From NCBI RefSeq assembly GCF_009914755.1, contig NC_060945.1: a stretch of 64,000 bases of DNA; one strand, given 5' to 3'. Position numbers and translations under genes: made by a program. The notes beneath the pieces are model-generated. The model did not search any database and was not told the DNA's origin. It worked only from the letters and a program-made list of their open reading frames with translations. This DNA comes from the human T2T-CHM13v2.0 reference genome, Homo sapiens. Below, in pieces: positions 32,345 to 46,341 of this stretch. The stretch's first letter is position 1. Each line of letters starts with the position of its first letter.

Positions 32345-32540
32345 AGTTGTCTATGGGGATTAATTCACTCTAGTTAGAAACACCTGCTTGCCTAGAGTGT
32401 GGATTCTCAGACCAGTTGTGAGTTTTATGATGTCTGTTTCACATTTAATGCTTAAATCATAGGGCATACCTAGTCTGAGAATCCATACTCTAGGCGAGTG
32501 GCTGTTTTTAACTGGAGTGAATTAATCCCTACAGACAACT
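32345..32540. repeat. Inverted repeat with 71-bp arms and 54-bp spacer (MITE-like)
   Basis: 32345-32415 versus reverse complement of 32470-32540: 61/71 identical, no gaps. Confidence 0.95.
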
Positions 32541-32895
32541 CAACTGCTCAGTAATTTCTGCACATGGCTAATTTAATTGTACTGTATGCATTGTCCCGGT
32601 TATTAATTTTATCAACCAATTATTTACACCCCGTGTGTAATTTTGAAGCCAAATCTAGTGAACTAAAAAGTAAAATGTTATCTCTTAATTGTCATCTCTT
32701 CCCTTCTCTTTTGGTTTCCTCTTTTTAAAACCACGAAGTTCGTATTTTAAGATAGAGAGCCTGTAAGGGCATTTATTAACTATTTGTTGGTTGATTAATT
32801 AATTAATCCATGTTTTTATTTCACCCATTTCCAGACAGGATTGCACCTTCCTCAGCTTAGGTGCAGCTGTTTATCTTCTTTGAGCTATGTTATGA

Positions 32896-33304
<409 letters not shown>

Positions 33305-33711
33305 TAAAGCAAACAAGCAAGATCTATGTTCTATGCAGTGGTTCAATAAAATAAGTTATTCTTTCCAGCTCATTTTCTTGGTTTCTCTGTTCGTGTTTTT
33401 GAGTAGTCTTACTGCACAGATAAAAGAACTGAGGCCCTGCAGGGGGCAGTGATCTACTCAGGGTCACCTGGCCCTTTGCTGGCAGCGATAGTAACACAAA
33501 GTAGGTGACCTGACTCTGCGCCCAGGGCTCTCCCCACACTGCAACCTGCCTGCAGGCCTTCCTGGGGTGAGACTTGATGTTGCAATTTACTGGACTGCCA
33601 AACATTTCCAGCATTCTCTCAGCCAAGCGCTGATTTAAAAATTAATGACTGCTTAATGGGCATTTCTATTTCTGAGAGTTGAGCTGTGCTTTTTCTTTTC
33701 TCCTCTGGTAG

Positions 33712-33795
33712 AAATCTGACATCCAGGACAGCCTCTGCTACAAGACCCGGCTCTACCAGATAGAAAAGTACAGGGCCCCCAAGGAGTCCTATGAG
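33712..33795 (+). CDS. HUNK: HUNK coding exon (exon 8): KSDIQDSLCYKTRLYQIEKYRAPKESYE
   Basis: Polypyrimidine tract plus tag acceptor and gag|gtgagt donor; 84 nt, phase 0/0; not in the ORF track, translated by hand. Confidence 0.93.
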
Positions 33796-33974
33796 GTGAG
33801 TGACCCCTGAAGCAAACCTCAGGGTCTCTTAGGAAGGGTGGATTTCCATTTGCAGTAATTGGAAAAGAAACCAATTACTGTGGGACACTGAAGTAGCAAA
33901 AGACACATACTTACGCTCATAACTGAGCCCTTGAGAAATGGTTTACAGCGGAACCAGCTTTGCGGTGTCTAAAC

Positions 33975-34148
33975 CATGGTTCTCAGCTGTGGCTGCATGT
34001 TAAAGTCACGGGGAGCGTTTAAACATCTGGATGCCCAGGCCGCACCTCGGACCCATTCCATTGAATCTTGGGAGGTGAGACTCGGGTATCAGGAGTTTTT
34101 AAAGCTCCCTGGATGTTCCAATGAGCAGCCAAAGTTGAAAACCACTGT
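33975..34148. mobile_element. MER5A-like hAT MITE
   Basis: catggttctca...gatgcccaggcc...aagttgaaaaccactg. Confidence 0.8.
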
Positions 34149-34179
34149 CAGGATCTCCCAAAATGAAAATGAGATGTTT

Positions 34180-34590
34180 CAGTGTTTCACTCATATGTGA
34201 GTGAAACTAGCAAAAATTGATCTCATAGAAGTACAGAGTAAAACTGTGGTTATTAGAGGCTTGGAATGGCAGGGGGAAGGGAGGGTAGAGAGAGGTTGCT
34301 TAACGAACATGAAATTACGGCTAGACAGAAGGAATAAGTTCCGGTGTTCTGTGGCACTGTAGGGTGACTATAGTTAACAGTAACTTATTATGTATATTCA
34401 AAAAGCTAAAAGAGAATTTTGAATGTTCCCAATAAAAAGAAATGATAAATATTTGAGGTAATAAATATGCTGATCACCCTGATTTGATCATTACATATTG
34501 AATACATAGATGGAAATATCATTCTCTGTCCCATAAAAAAGATGTATAATGATTATGCGTCAACTAAAAATAAAAGGAAAAAAATGCAAA
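34180..34590 (+). mobile_element. L1MA-type 3' end
   Basis: gatctcatagaagtacagagta...gaaggaataagttc...accctgatttgatcattaca. Confidence 0.85.
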
Positions 34591-35018
34591 TGCTAGAAAA
34601 AAATGAGATGCTTAAAAATAGAGCTGAGTGTAACACGTGGCATCAGAAGAAAGTGAGATGAGGAACGCAAAAGTTTGGGATCAGGCAGGCTTTCCTGGCC
34701 AGCTGTCCCTGGTGACCTGATGTAACCTGGGACGTACCTAGAGAAAAAGAACACAACTCTGATTTCAGAATAAAAACTAGGCTCCTGTAGCAAACATCCC
34801 ACATCCATGTTTGTTAGGAAACTGTGTCTGTGAATTCCAGATCCAGGGAGGGGGCCAGGAGTGGGGTGCAGCCTCAGGGCCCCTCATTCACTTTTTGCCA
34901 AGTGAGCTTTTCTTTCTCTCAGTGATTTTCCTGGGAACCACCTTCCCTTTTCCCTCTGGAGCCTGTTTATGTCCCCTGAGTGTCCTTGCCACAGGAACCT
35001 CTCTCCTGGGACACCCAG

Positions 35019-35365
35019 GTCTATTAGTCTGTTCTCACGCTGCTAATGAAGACATACCCGAGACTGGGTACTTTATAAAGGAAAGAGGTTTGATGGACTC
35101 ACAGTTTCACATGGCTGGGGAGGCCTCACAATCATGGCAGAAGGTAAATGAGGAGCAAAGTCACGTCTTACATGGTGGCAGGCAAGAGAGCTTGTGTAGG
35201 GGAACTCCCCTTAATAAAACCATCAGATCTTGTGAGACTTACTACCATGAGAACAGTATGGGGGAAACCTCTCTCATGATTCAGTGATCTCCACCTGTCC
35301 CCGCCCTTGACACATGGGGATTATTACAATTCAAGGGGAGATTTGGGTGGGGACAAATCAAGTCA
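35019..35365. mobile_element. THE1 (MaLR) solo LTR
   Basis: tattagtctgttctcacgctgctaatgaagacatacccgagactggg. Confidence 0.9.
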
Positions 35366-36399
35366 CCCACCCAGAAGTTCCTTCATTTGAGAAGGGATCA
35401 AAAAGGGACCCTTTGTCTATGCCCCAGTGAGGTCACTGAGCCTGGCCTCTCCCCTCTTTCCTTTTCCAACGTAAAGTTTTCATCCTGATCCCATGAGCGG
35501 TGCACATCGCTCTGGAAGATTCTTCTCTGGGCTTGTCTTGCACGCAGGGCTGCAGTGGAGCATGGTGGTTACTGGGGCCCACACTGGGCTCCTAGGCAGC
35601 CAGTGAAGCAGGTGTCCAGAGACACTGATGACAGGGAGTGCCCAGCTGCAGGACTCTGTGCGAATGTGATGGGAGCTCAGGAGAGGGACTTGCCCCCGGC
35701 ATAGAGGTGGGCAATGGCACAGGTCTCCATTTCAGACAGACCCTGGGGCAGAGAGAGAGGAGAAACTGGCAAAGACAGGGCTGGAGGTGGCCGGCAGTGG
35801 GCAGCCGGCAGGGGGCGGGGCAGCCAGAAGGCAGTGATGCTGCAGTGGGGCCCGTGGGAACAGAGGAAAGGTCACATGTGAAATGGTCAGCATTGTCTAC
35901 TGGGCAGCTAGTTGTCCTGAGGATGTTAGAAAGAACAGCTTCGTGAAGTGCCAAAGGCAGAAGAGAGGTTGCATGGATTTGGGGGGTGGGAGAGGGGAAG
36001 GGAAGTCAGTGAGCATCTGCCTCTCCGTCAGTGACACTGCAGTGAAGGGAGAGAACATGACCTCGATAGAAGGATGCTCAAGGCCAGGCAGGAATGGTGG
36101 GCCTTAGCCTTGACCCCAGGCTGGATGCCCCCTTCCTCAAGACAGGCTGTGGGGCTCGGGGAAGATGAGGATGGAGACAAGCCCTTTGGAAGGTGGGCTG
36201 TGGCCACAGAAGCTAAGCCACAAGCCCAGGTGTGGCTTTCAGGCTTAAAGCCAGAGAGCCAGGTGGTGGGGACCCAGATGCCCCCTGAACTCTAGACCCC
36301 TCTGGCCAGTTGCTTACTAAATGTTAACCCCCTCTTGCATGAATGAAGGGGTCTTGAATCTAGCACGCTCTGAACCAGACTCTCCCCCCGCCGCCCTCC

Positions 36400-37265
36400 G
36401 CCCTCCACCACAGTAGCAGCCCCATCCTCCCCAGCAGTGCAAGGAAGAAACCCAAGAGTCCTTGACTTTGACCCTCCCCTTACCCCCAGAGCCAACCCAT
36501 CACCACATTCTGCCAATTTGACCGCTAAACCCCTCCAACCCCTGCACTCTCTCTGTCTCCATCCCCACACCTGGTCCCAGCCACATCACCTCTGTCCTGG
36601 ACTTCTGCTATGCCCTCCTAACCGACTCTCTTGCTTCCGGGATGGTGGCCCGCCACTCTCTCCTGCCTGGCCGTCAGAGCGAGCTTTTCACCCTCGCACC
36701 GCATCATGTCACTTTCCTGCTTGAGACCTTCGGAGGTTTCCTTCATTTGCCAGGCAGACTCCGTGCATGGTCGCCCTGTGTGGTTCAGCCCCAGCTTGCT
36801 TCTCCTGCCTTGTCTCCTAGCCACATGGCCCACACACACAGCGCTGCATCCCTCCCTGTGCTCAGTCCACAGCCTTCGGGCTTGCTGTGCTCTCTCTGCC
36901 TGTGGGGGCTGTGCACATGCTGCTCCCTCTTCCAGAGTGTTTTCCCTGCTCCTCTTTGCTGAACCTAAGTGTCTTCAGATCCCAGAGCAAGATCACCTCC
37001 CCATGGGCACCTGCTGTTCCCTGACCTCTGCCATCCAGTCTTATCCTATCGATCCTATCTGCCTACCACGTTCTACATCCTGGGGCCTGTCCCATTTGCA
37101 GCTGTTTATTTGTTTTGGGGTTGTTTGATTAACATCTCTCCCTCTGGGCTGTGAGTTCCAGAAGAGTGGGCTCTGAGTCCCTTTTGCTCCTCACAATATT
37201 CCCAGAGGCCACACGATGCCTGGCATGTAGGTGCTCAATAAATATTTGCTCAATAAACAAATGAA
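36400..37265 (+). mobile_element. Degenerate L2
   Basis: atgcctggcatgtaggtgctcaataaatatttg L2 3' end preceded by a C/T-rich body. Confidence 0.6.
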
Positions 37266-38639
37266 AAGATCAAGTGGGCCCTGATCAGAGTCTCAGAAAA
37301 TGGATAGGTCTGGGATAAGCAACCGGAATAGGTAGAACATTCCAGGTGGGATACCTGGCTGGATTAAAGGCAGGGGGATACCTGCAGCCTAGCACACATA
37401 TGACGTTATCATCACCAAATGGCCGTGCCTTACGGCAGGGAGGGACCTCTTATGGTCACCTGCACTGAGGGTGGTCACCCCAGCCAGAGTCCAGGGGATG
37501 CAGAATTCACTGTTAGACTTCCTGCCTCGTGCTTTGCATGTCACTCATGAGGACCTCAAATAACAATGCAAACTTAGGTGCATGGAGAGCCCAATGTGTG
37601 TACCCTAGGTGGCCCCTAAGCCAACTTGCCGATGCCCTGGTCCACGCTGACCTGACACCTGCCCCACTGCGAGTGTGTGTCGGAAGGGGCCAGAACTATA
37701 GTGGGAAAGGGGCCCTTCTTTCATCTCGATTCCTTTTCTGTGTTATTTCCTCTGTCCTGAAGACACATGGTGAGCGTTTTAAACATTTGTTGAAATATTT
37801 AATGGTTAGGATTTAAATAGGAACCCTAATGGGCAAACAGCATTCAATTTTCTATGATCCATTTGTTTCCTCTAAACTGCAGTGATACTTCTCTAATTAA
37901 ATGACAGCTATTACCAGATGATCCAACTTGTCTCCCGAGGAACCTAGAAAGTGGAGTGGGGCTAGTTCAGGAAAGGGAAGGGCCCAGGCCTCACAGGGAA
38001 AGTCCATTCGGAGCCAGAGGACCTTCCAGTCGTCCTCCGCACCACATGGCAGGGGGTGGAGCTGGATGGGGAGAGGGAGTGGTGGAGAGGTTTCAGATTG
38101 TGAGCAAACCAGGGTGTGGCCCAGGGCTCGTGTCCCCTAGGGCTGTCATCAACCCGTGTCCCGGGCACTGAGTGCAAGCAGTGGCCTCTTTGTTCCTTTT
38201 GATTCCAGTTCGTTTTCTCCTAGGAGACAAAGGAGCTGAATTAAGTTGCAAAAACTTCCCTCTTGGGGTAACCGTGCAGTGATTTTACAACTTTACCATT
38301 TTCTCTACCTCTTTTTCCTGTCAAAGGCAGAGACTGTATCTATAAAAGTGGGGTGCATTTCTCATCTGAGGAGGACACCTATCGTGTGTGCCCGACGGAC
38401 TCCTTTTTCTGAAAAAGAGAACCCCCCAGGACTTTGGGGGTCGAGGTGGGGAGGTTATCATTTTAAATTGGCTTATCAAAGCCATTAGAGAGCCCAGGGC
38501 CAGTTTTATTAAAGTCTTTTGAAAAATAATGTTAATTTATAGGAAAATGTCAAATCCAGCTAGGAGGTCTCCTCTGCAATGACAAAGTAATGTTGGCGTT
38601 TTGGAAGAAAACTGACGGAGAGGGTGGCAGGGAACTGGA

Positions 38640-39482
38640 TTCGTCTGCTTGGCTGCTCTAACAAGCACCACAAAATGGGTAGAAATTTAACTTTTCACAG
38701 TTCTGGAGGCCAGGTTCAGGGCTTACGGATGCATCACTATGATCTCTGCCTTCATCTTCACACAGTGTTCTCCTGTGTGTGTATCTGTGTCCCAATTTCC
38801 CTGTTCTTTTCTCTCCTCCCTCCCTCATTTTTCTCTCTTTTCTCTCTTTTCTTTCTTTCTCTTTCTTTTCTTTTTCTTTTTGCTTTATTCTTTTCTTTTT
38901 CTTTCTTTCTTCCTCTCTTTCTTCTTTCTTCCCTTTTTCCTTCCCTCCCTCCCTCCTTTCTCTCTCTCTCTTTTTCTGCCTTCCCTCTCCTCTCCCCTCG
39001 CTTCCTCCTCCTCTCCCCTCCCCTCCCCTCCTTCCTTTTTCTTTCTCGGTTTCCAGACCAAGCTGGAGTGCAGTGACACAATCATATTTCATTTCAGCCT
39101 TGACCTCCCTGGCTCAGGTGATCCTCCCACCTCAGCCTCTCTAGTAGCTGGGACTACAGGCATGCACCATTATGCCTGGCTAATTTTTTGTAGAGAGGGG
39201 GTTTCAACATGTTGCCCGGCTGGTCTTGAACTCCTGAGCTTAAGGCATTTGCTCATCTCAGACTCCCAAGGGGCTGGGATTACAGATGTGAGTCACCATG
39301 CCTGGCCCAAATTTCCACATTTTTAAAGGACACCAGTCATACTGCATTAGGGCTCAACCTAATAGCCTCATTTAAACTTGATTACCTCTGTAAAGATTCT
39401 CTCTCCAAATAAGGTGAAATTCTGAGGTCCTGGGGTTAGACTTTAACCTATGAATTTTAGGAGAATACAGTTCAACCCACAC
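38640..39482. mobile_element. MLT1-type LTR split by an antisense AluJ (~39050-39307) and its CT-rich tail
   Basis: cacagttctggaggcc...taaggacaccagtcat...ccaaataaggt...cagttcaaccc. Confidence 0.75.
38805..39048. repeat. Polypyrimidine/polypurine low-complexity tract
   Basis: ~240 bp that is almost all C/T. Confidence 0.95.
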
Positions 39483-39574
39483 AGGGATGAAACATTTAAA
39501 GGCAAATATTAAAATATTCACTTTGTGTCTTATTTCAAAATCTATATAACTTTAAAAAATATAGTTCAGAATCA

Positions 39575-39919
<345 letters not shown>

Positions 39920-40314
39920 GCCTGGTTACTTTGGGGGACAGAATGCCTGGCAGAGGACATGGGGATGGCAGGGAGGACCTTCCAGATGCTGGCTGTGTTC
40001 TGTTTTTTGATCCAAGTGCCATTTCTGTGGGTGTCTTTGCTGTTTGAGAAAACATTGAGCTGCTGACTTATCATTAGAGCACTCCTCCATACGGCATCTT
40101 AGATTTTAATAAAAAGTTTACCTAGAAAATCTATTCAGCACACGAGTTAGGACATCTGCTGTCTACTTCCATGGCAATTTCAGGATTTGCTTTCTGTCTA
40201 TGAAAACCGAAACGAATAATTCTCAACCAGAGCTGCAGGGCCGTAGGGGAAGCATTTAGGGAATAAATAGCAGGTGCAGATTCTCGAATTGTTGAAGGAT
40301 GTTCCTTTTCACAG

Positions 40315-40362
40315 GCCTCTCTGGACACCTGGACACGAGATCTTGAATTCCATGCCGTGCAG
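40315..40362 (+). CDS. HUNK: HUNK coding exon (exon 9): ASLDTWTRDLEFHAVQ
   Basis: ccttttcacag acceptor and cag|gtaaga donor; 48 nt, phase 0/0; translated by hand. Confidence 0.9.
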
Positions 40363-40384
40363 GTAAGAACTTGGGGGATTATTA

Positions 40385-41129
<745 letters not shown>

Positions 41130-41408
41130 TGATCCTAAGGGTTGGTCAGTCTCTGCCCAGGGCAGCAGGCTCTGCCAGCCCCATCCTTATCCAGAATTAA
41201 AACATGCAGAATCCTGTTGTGAGTGAGTTTATCAGAATCCCTTTAGATCACATTGGTTCTTGCTATGCGGAATTGGCTGTTTTTTATTGTCTTGTTACAA
41301 CTCTACACCTGCCTGTGCATTTCTGTTACCACCTGTATGAGAAATGGAGTTTGCAGCTATCTAGAGCTTCCTGGCTCAATGGCCTAATTTATGAACAAAA
41401 CCCCACCT

Positions 41409-41699
41409 TTTTTTTTTGAGGTGGAGTCTTGCTGTGTCACCCAGGCTGGAGTGCAGTGGGTGTGATCTTGGCTAACTATAAACTCTGCCTTCCAAGCTCA
41501 AATGATTCTCCTGTCTCAACCTCTCAAGTACCTGGGACTACAGACGCTCTCCACCATGCCAGGCTAATTTTTGTATTTTTAGTAGAGACAGGATTTCACC
41601 ATCTTGGCCAGGCTGGTCTCAAACTCCTGACCTCAAGTGATCTGCCTGCCTCGGCCTCCCAAAGTGCTGGGATTACAAGCATGAGCCACTGCGCCCGGC
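41409..41699 (-). mobile_element. AluS-like
   Basis: Alu reverse complement. Confidence 0.95.
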
Positions 41700-44600
41700 C
41701 CAAAGCCCTCTTTTTATCCACTCACTTGTAGGTTTTTCTGCAGCAAAACCAGGTTTCTTCTTATGTGATGGGTGACAAGGAACCAAAACCAACCAGCCAA
41801 CGACATCTGGGCCCTGGGCCATCCCAGGTGGCAGCAGTCAGCACTTGGTTCTGACAGACCAAACAGCCTGGTGAGGCTTATTAATCATCAGAGGGAAGGA
41901 AAGCTCCAGAAAAGCCCATGTCGAACTGGACTTGATAGAGTTACTCAAAGAAAACTTACCTCAGCTCCCAGGGCTCCTCTGCCACATGTGGAAACAGGCA
42001 GATTTCCCAGGCAGCCATCCATCCTCCGGCCTGGGGTGATGAGGATGCAAAGCAAGCATCCGTCCCTGTTAAATGGATGCATTTGCTGTTCAGGCGATAA
42101 AGCAAGTGTGATGTGTGTTCATTGTTATCCTCCCAGAGCTGGGAAGGATCCACACTTTTGGTTACACGTGGGAAAACACCTCCCTCGAGGAGAAGTGAAT
42201 TGCCCAAGGTTACCCAACACATTATGGAGAGAGCGAGGAATGGACTCCAGACTTCCGGACTGCCGAGCTGTGACCATGGCTGGGATCCTCAGGTGGAGCA
42301 CCTGTGGCAGCCATGCCGGGAAAGAAGGGGGCGCTATGGGTCTTTGGAACACAGAAGCCTGGGGTCATTCTTCATTGGCCATCATACCCCCAGTTGCACA
42401 GCCATCAGGGAAGACTCTGAAGGGAACCAGCTCTCTGGAGCTCAGACCTCAGAGGCTAAGGATGGGTTTCCCCCTCCTGTAGGCATCTCCGTCTCCTCCA
42501 CAGGACAATATACAACATTAAGGATCCTGGGTAAATGATTGTTCATGGGGCTGCGTTTTCAAAATGTCCCACTTTGCAAATGTCCGTGCACATCCGCAGT
42601 GGGTGGAAATAGTTGATAGAGAACAAGAAGGTGTTTAGTGTATGGCTTGCCTCTGGGGCCTCATGTGGTCTTTTCTCTGATCTGCCTTGGGGGATTTGGA
42701 ACTGTGCCATGAAGGTGCGAGAGGGCGGGCTTCGAACCGAGAGCTTGAATTCCATCGCCCACCCTCAAGTCTATGTGGGTGCTGGAGCGCATCGGAGGGA
42801 AGCCAGGAGTCTCTGCAGGCGGCAGCCTTGCCGTGTGAGGAGCTTGCATGTGGAAGGGGGAGGTGATAGTCCCTCTGAAGATCTGTTTCTGTTATGTAAG
42901 GCAATTTAGCATCCTGCTCCCTAGGAAATTTCTTTTGGAGAAAACAGGCCATGCAAATGAAAAAGTCTAATTGGGTGATTGGCTGCATTTGGTAACATGT
43001 GCTTGGAGGGCAGGGAGATTGGCTAGTTGTAAATAAACATGCTTTCTCTGGGCGGTTGACCCTTCTGCGTGGACTGACTCTGAGGTTTGTCCCCGACAGG
43101 GAGCAGGTGGGGTGAATTTCTTGATTTCTCCTTAGACACCAGTTACTATGAAATCACTGATTCTTTTCAGCTGGAGAAGGATATGCTAGGGGTTCTTGGA
43201 GGACATACCAGGGTGCAGGATGTTGGGATGAAGTTTAATAAGGGTGGTCTTGGCAGGGTTTCCTGGAATTTTCTGTCTGGGGGTGCATTTTTCCTTTTTT
43301 CTGCCCCCATAGCAGCTTTCTGCTCATTGCCAAATAGCCCCCTTGTCAGTGACGGGAGAAATTTGGTCTTACAGGCCAACCTTGGTCTCTTTGCACAGCA
43401 AACCCCCACGCATTACACACCACTAGGTACCCATAGACCCTAACTGGGTGGCGATACTGGTCCGCAGAAGTTTTGCATCTTGATTGTTAAGCTTTTGAGA
43501 ACCCAAGGAGGGTTAGAAAGGAATGAAAATAAACCTAGACAGCCACCGGCAGCTCTCAAGGCTGTGGGCCACAGAGCAGCCTGAAAAAAATGTTTGCTGA
43601 TCGATTTAAAAAGCAATCCTAAAACAGAAGGAACTGCCGTGTTGTCTTTTCTACCAAATATTGTTTGGAAATGTATGACAAAGGTGCATTTGATTACTTT
43701 TTCCTGTAGAAGGTGTTAGCAGGTAGAGCTGGTGACTTTAGCATAAAAGTAGAGAAAGGGAACCAAGTAAAAGGAGATTGTGCCAGATTTTTCAGGAAAG
43801 CCGGTAACATTGCCTTTGCTGCTGGATGGGTGTGTGTCTCTGTGTGTGTAAGCGTGTGTGCAAAAGCTTGTTCTCCTTTGCCTTGGAGAAGGTGGCCTGT
43901 TGGTGTGTCATGCACACAAAGGGAGAGGAAAGCCGTGGAAAATAGTGATTGTCCTTTGCTGGCTTCAACCAAGGTGACCTGGAGGACACGTTCCCCTTCA
44001 TGGCATCCCAGATAACGTCCTGGAGCACATAACCTTCTCTGGAACATTCAGATCCCACTGCAGGAGCCTAGGACTGTGGCATGCTCCTGCCTCTGGGCCT
44101 TTCCATCTCTGGAACCGCCTGACCCTGCTGCAGGCTCTGAGAGTGTGGTGTCAAGTCAAGGGTTGACAACATCAACTTCAGGGCCGGGAAAATCCGCGTT
44201 TCCACCGGGCTCATGGGTGGATGACATAAGCACTGCAGGCTGTTTCTTCACATGTAAAGGAGGTAGCAGAATTTGCCTTGTGGTGGGTCATGCCCTCAGT
44301 GCAGTGTCTGGCACCCTGCATATTCTCAAAAAAGGCTGGTGGCAGCTGTGAAGGTGCTGAGGAGGGAGTTTGAGGAAGCTTTGCCTCTCCTGTCTTCCCA
44401 TGTCACCCCTTTGTTAGGGAGGAGCCACATCAGCTACAGGCCAGGGCCCTAGAGAGCTGTAGCCCCTCACAGTGGCACTTGCCACGAGGCTCAGCATCCC
44501 CACTTCCCACATCTACCCTGTCGTCTTTCCCACTCAAAAACTGGACATCATGAACTCTTATCTGCAGACTTTGAACATCCTTATTAGAAAGGGCTGCAAA

Positions 44601-45049
44601 AGTGTAGAGAGATATTTCCCTGAGAAGCTTCTCAACAACATGAATGAAAAAATAGACGAGCTCTCTTGGTTTGCAAATGCTCTTAAAGTTGAGGGCAAAA
44701 ATGTGAAAAAGAAGAGTCTTTTTTTCCTCCTCACCCACGGTGAGGTCAGAGGTGGAGTTGCTTTAATAGTAAACACCAAACACAGGCTTTAGGGCTGGAA
44801 AAAGAACTGCTGCTGCTTCTTAGTGACATCACCCTTCCCAGAAGCTTGAACTGAGTTAATTTTAGTTCAGTTCAGTTTCTACCAGCCCTTTTAAAAAACA
44901 TTTTAATAACTATTTATTAAGCTTTCTGTAAGCATCTGGCTTTATGCCAGAGGCTGTGGACTTGAAGATACATAAAATAGTCAAATTCATTCCTATCAGA
45001 TGGATTATATTCTAGTACAACGAAGGCAAGATTTAAACCAAAAGAATGG

Positions 45050-45363
45050 CCACTGCCAAGCGTTTTGGCTCACATCTATAGTCCCAGCATTTTGGGAAGC
45101 AGAGACAGGAGGGTTGCTTGAGGCAGGAGTTCAAAACCAGCCTGGATAACATAACGAGACCCCATCTCTACAAGAAATCTTTTTTTAAAAAATAGCTGGG
45201 CATGGTGATGCACACCTGTAGTCCCAGCTACTCAGGAGGCTGAGGTGGGAGGATCACTTGAGCCCAGGAGCTCGAGGTTGCAGTGAGATATGATGACACC
45301 ACTGCACCCCAGCCTGGGTGATAGCACAAGACCCTGCCTCAAAAAAAAAAAAAAAAAAAAAAA
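45050..45363 (+). mobile_element. AluJ-like
   Basis: Alu sense consensus plus poly-A. Confidence 0.9.
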
Positions 45364-45949
45364 GCTTCATACACACGTTCATACACACGAGTACTAAGTA
45401 CGCAAGTAAGTGCTCACACGATTAGGGTAGAAAGGGCTGGAAGCCCATCAGGACCGCTCAGGGCTCTCTGGATTTGTTGTATATGTTGTGTTGGCACCTC
45501 CTTGGCTTGACTGCCCCAAATAGAACCTGATGTGAAGGTGGAAGCAGTTATGTTTCCAGTTGCCTTTGCAAAGCCGTTATTGCAGGCACAATCTTTAAAT
45601 GTAGACAGTGGGTTTCCAGAAGTCCTGCTCTGCTTCACCTTGGTTTGTTGGGCTTGTTCCAGAAGAATTGACCTCCTAGGAATGCCCTGCCCTTGCTGGA
45701 ATGCCTTGGAAGAGCACAGTGAAAGGGAACTGGGGTCCATTGAAGGCCTCTCGCTGCCCAGGCAGAGGGAGATGGGCTTCCTGGAGCATTGGCTGGGCCA
45801 CAGCTCCTCCCTCATTCAACACACAGTTGAGAGCATAGAGTATTGAAAAGGTGGAGTTTCTCTAATCAGTTTGGATGACTTTTCAAAGAGGAATCCCATT
45901 GTGTCTTCTAGTATGTGTCTAAGTGCATATGTTTGCTTCTGATTTGTAG

Positions 45950-46130
45950 GATAAAAAGCCCAAAGAACAAGAAAAAAGAGGGGATTTTCTTCATCGACCA
46001 TTCTCCAAGAAGTTGGACAAGAACCTGCCCTCGCACAAACAGCCCTCAGGCTCGCTTATGACACAGATTCAGAACACCAAAGCCCTCCTGAAGGACCGGA
46101 AGGCCTCCAAGTCCAGCTTCCCCGACAAAG
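45950..46130 (+). CDS. HUNK: HUNK coding exon (exon 10): DKKPKEQEKRGDFLHRPFSKKLDKNLPSHKQPSGSLMTQIQNTKALLKDRKASKSSFPDK(D)
   Basis: tttgtag acceptor and aag|gtgggt donor; 181 nt; overlaps ORF 46013-46222. Confidence 0.95.
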
Positions 46131-46341
46131 GTGGGTCAGCTCTGGGGACTCTCTCAGGCCACTCGTGTTGGGCTGTGTGTCCGCTGTGTAGCCCTCACAG
46201 GGGATGGTCGAATGGGCCCTAGAGCAGAGATGATTCCTGTGCCCACAGAAAAGCAGGATTAATGGACCTGAGGTTGCCTGAGCACAGTCCAGGACCAAGC
46301 TGTGTGGCATTAGCCATCTGTGCAGGAAGAATTTGAGAAAA

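Noticed and set aside
38624-39326. Several K/E/R-rich or F/L/S-rich ORFs
   Set aside because: Artefacts of the polypyrimidine tract and Alu.
41772-42482. 236-aa ORF, the longest in the track
   Set aside because: Non-ATG start, no recognisable domain, includes MIR-like sequence, intronic; consistent with chance.
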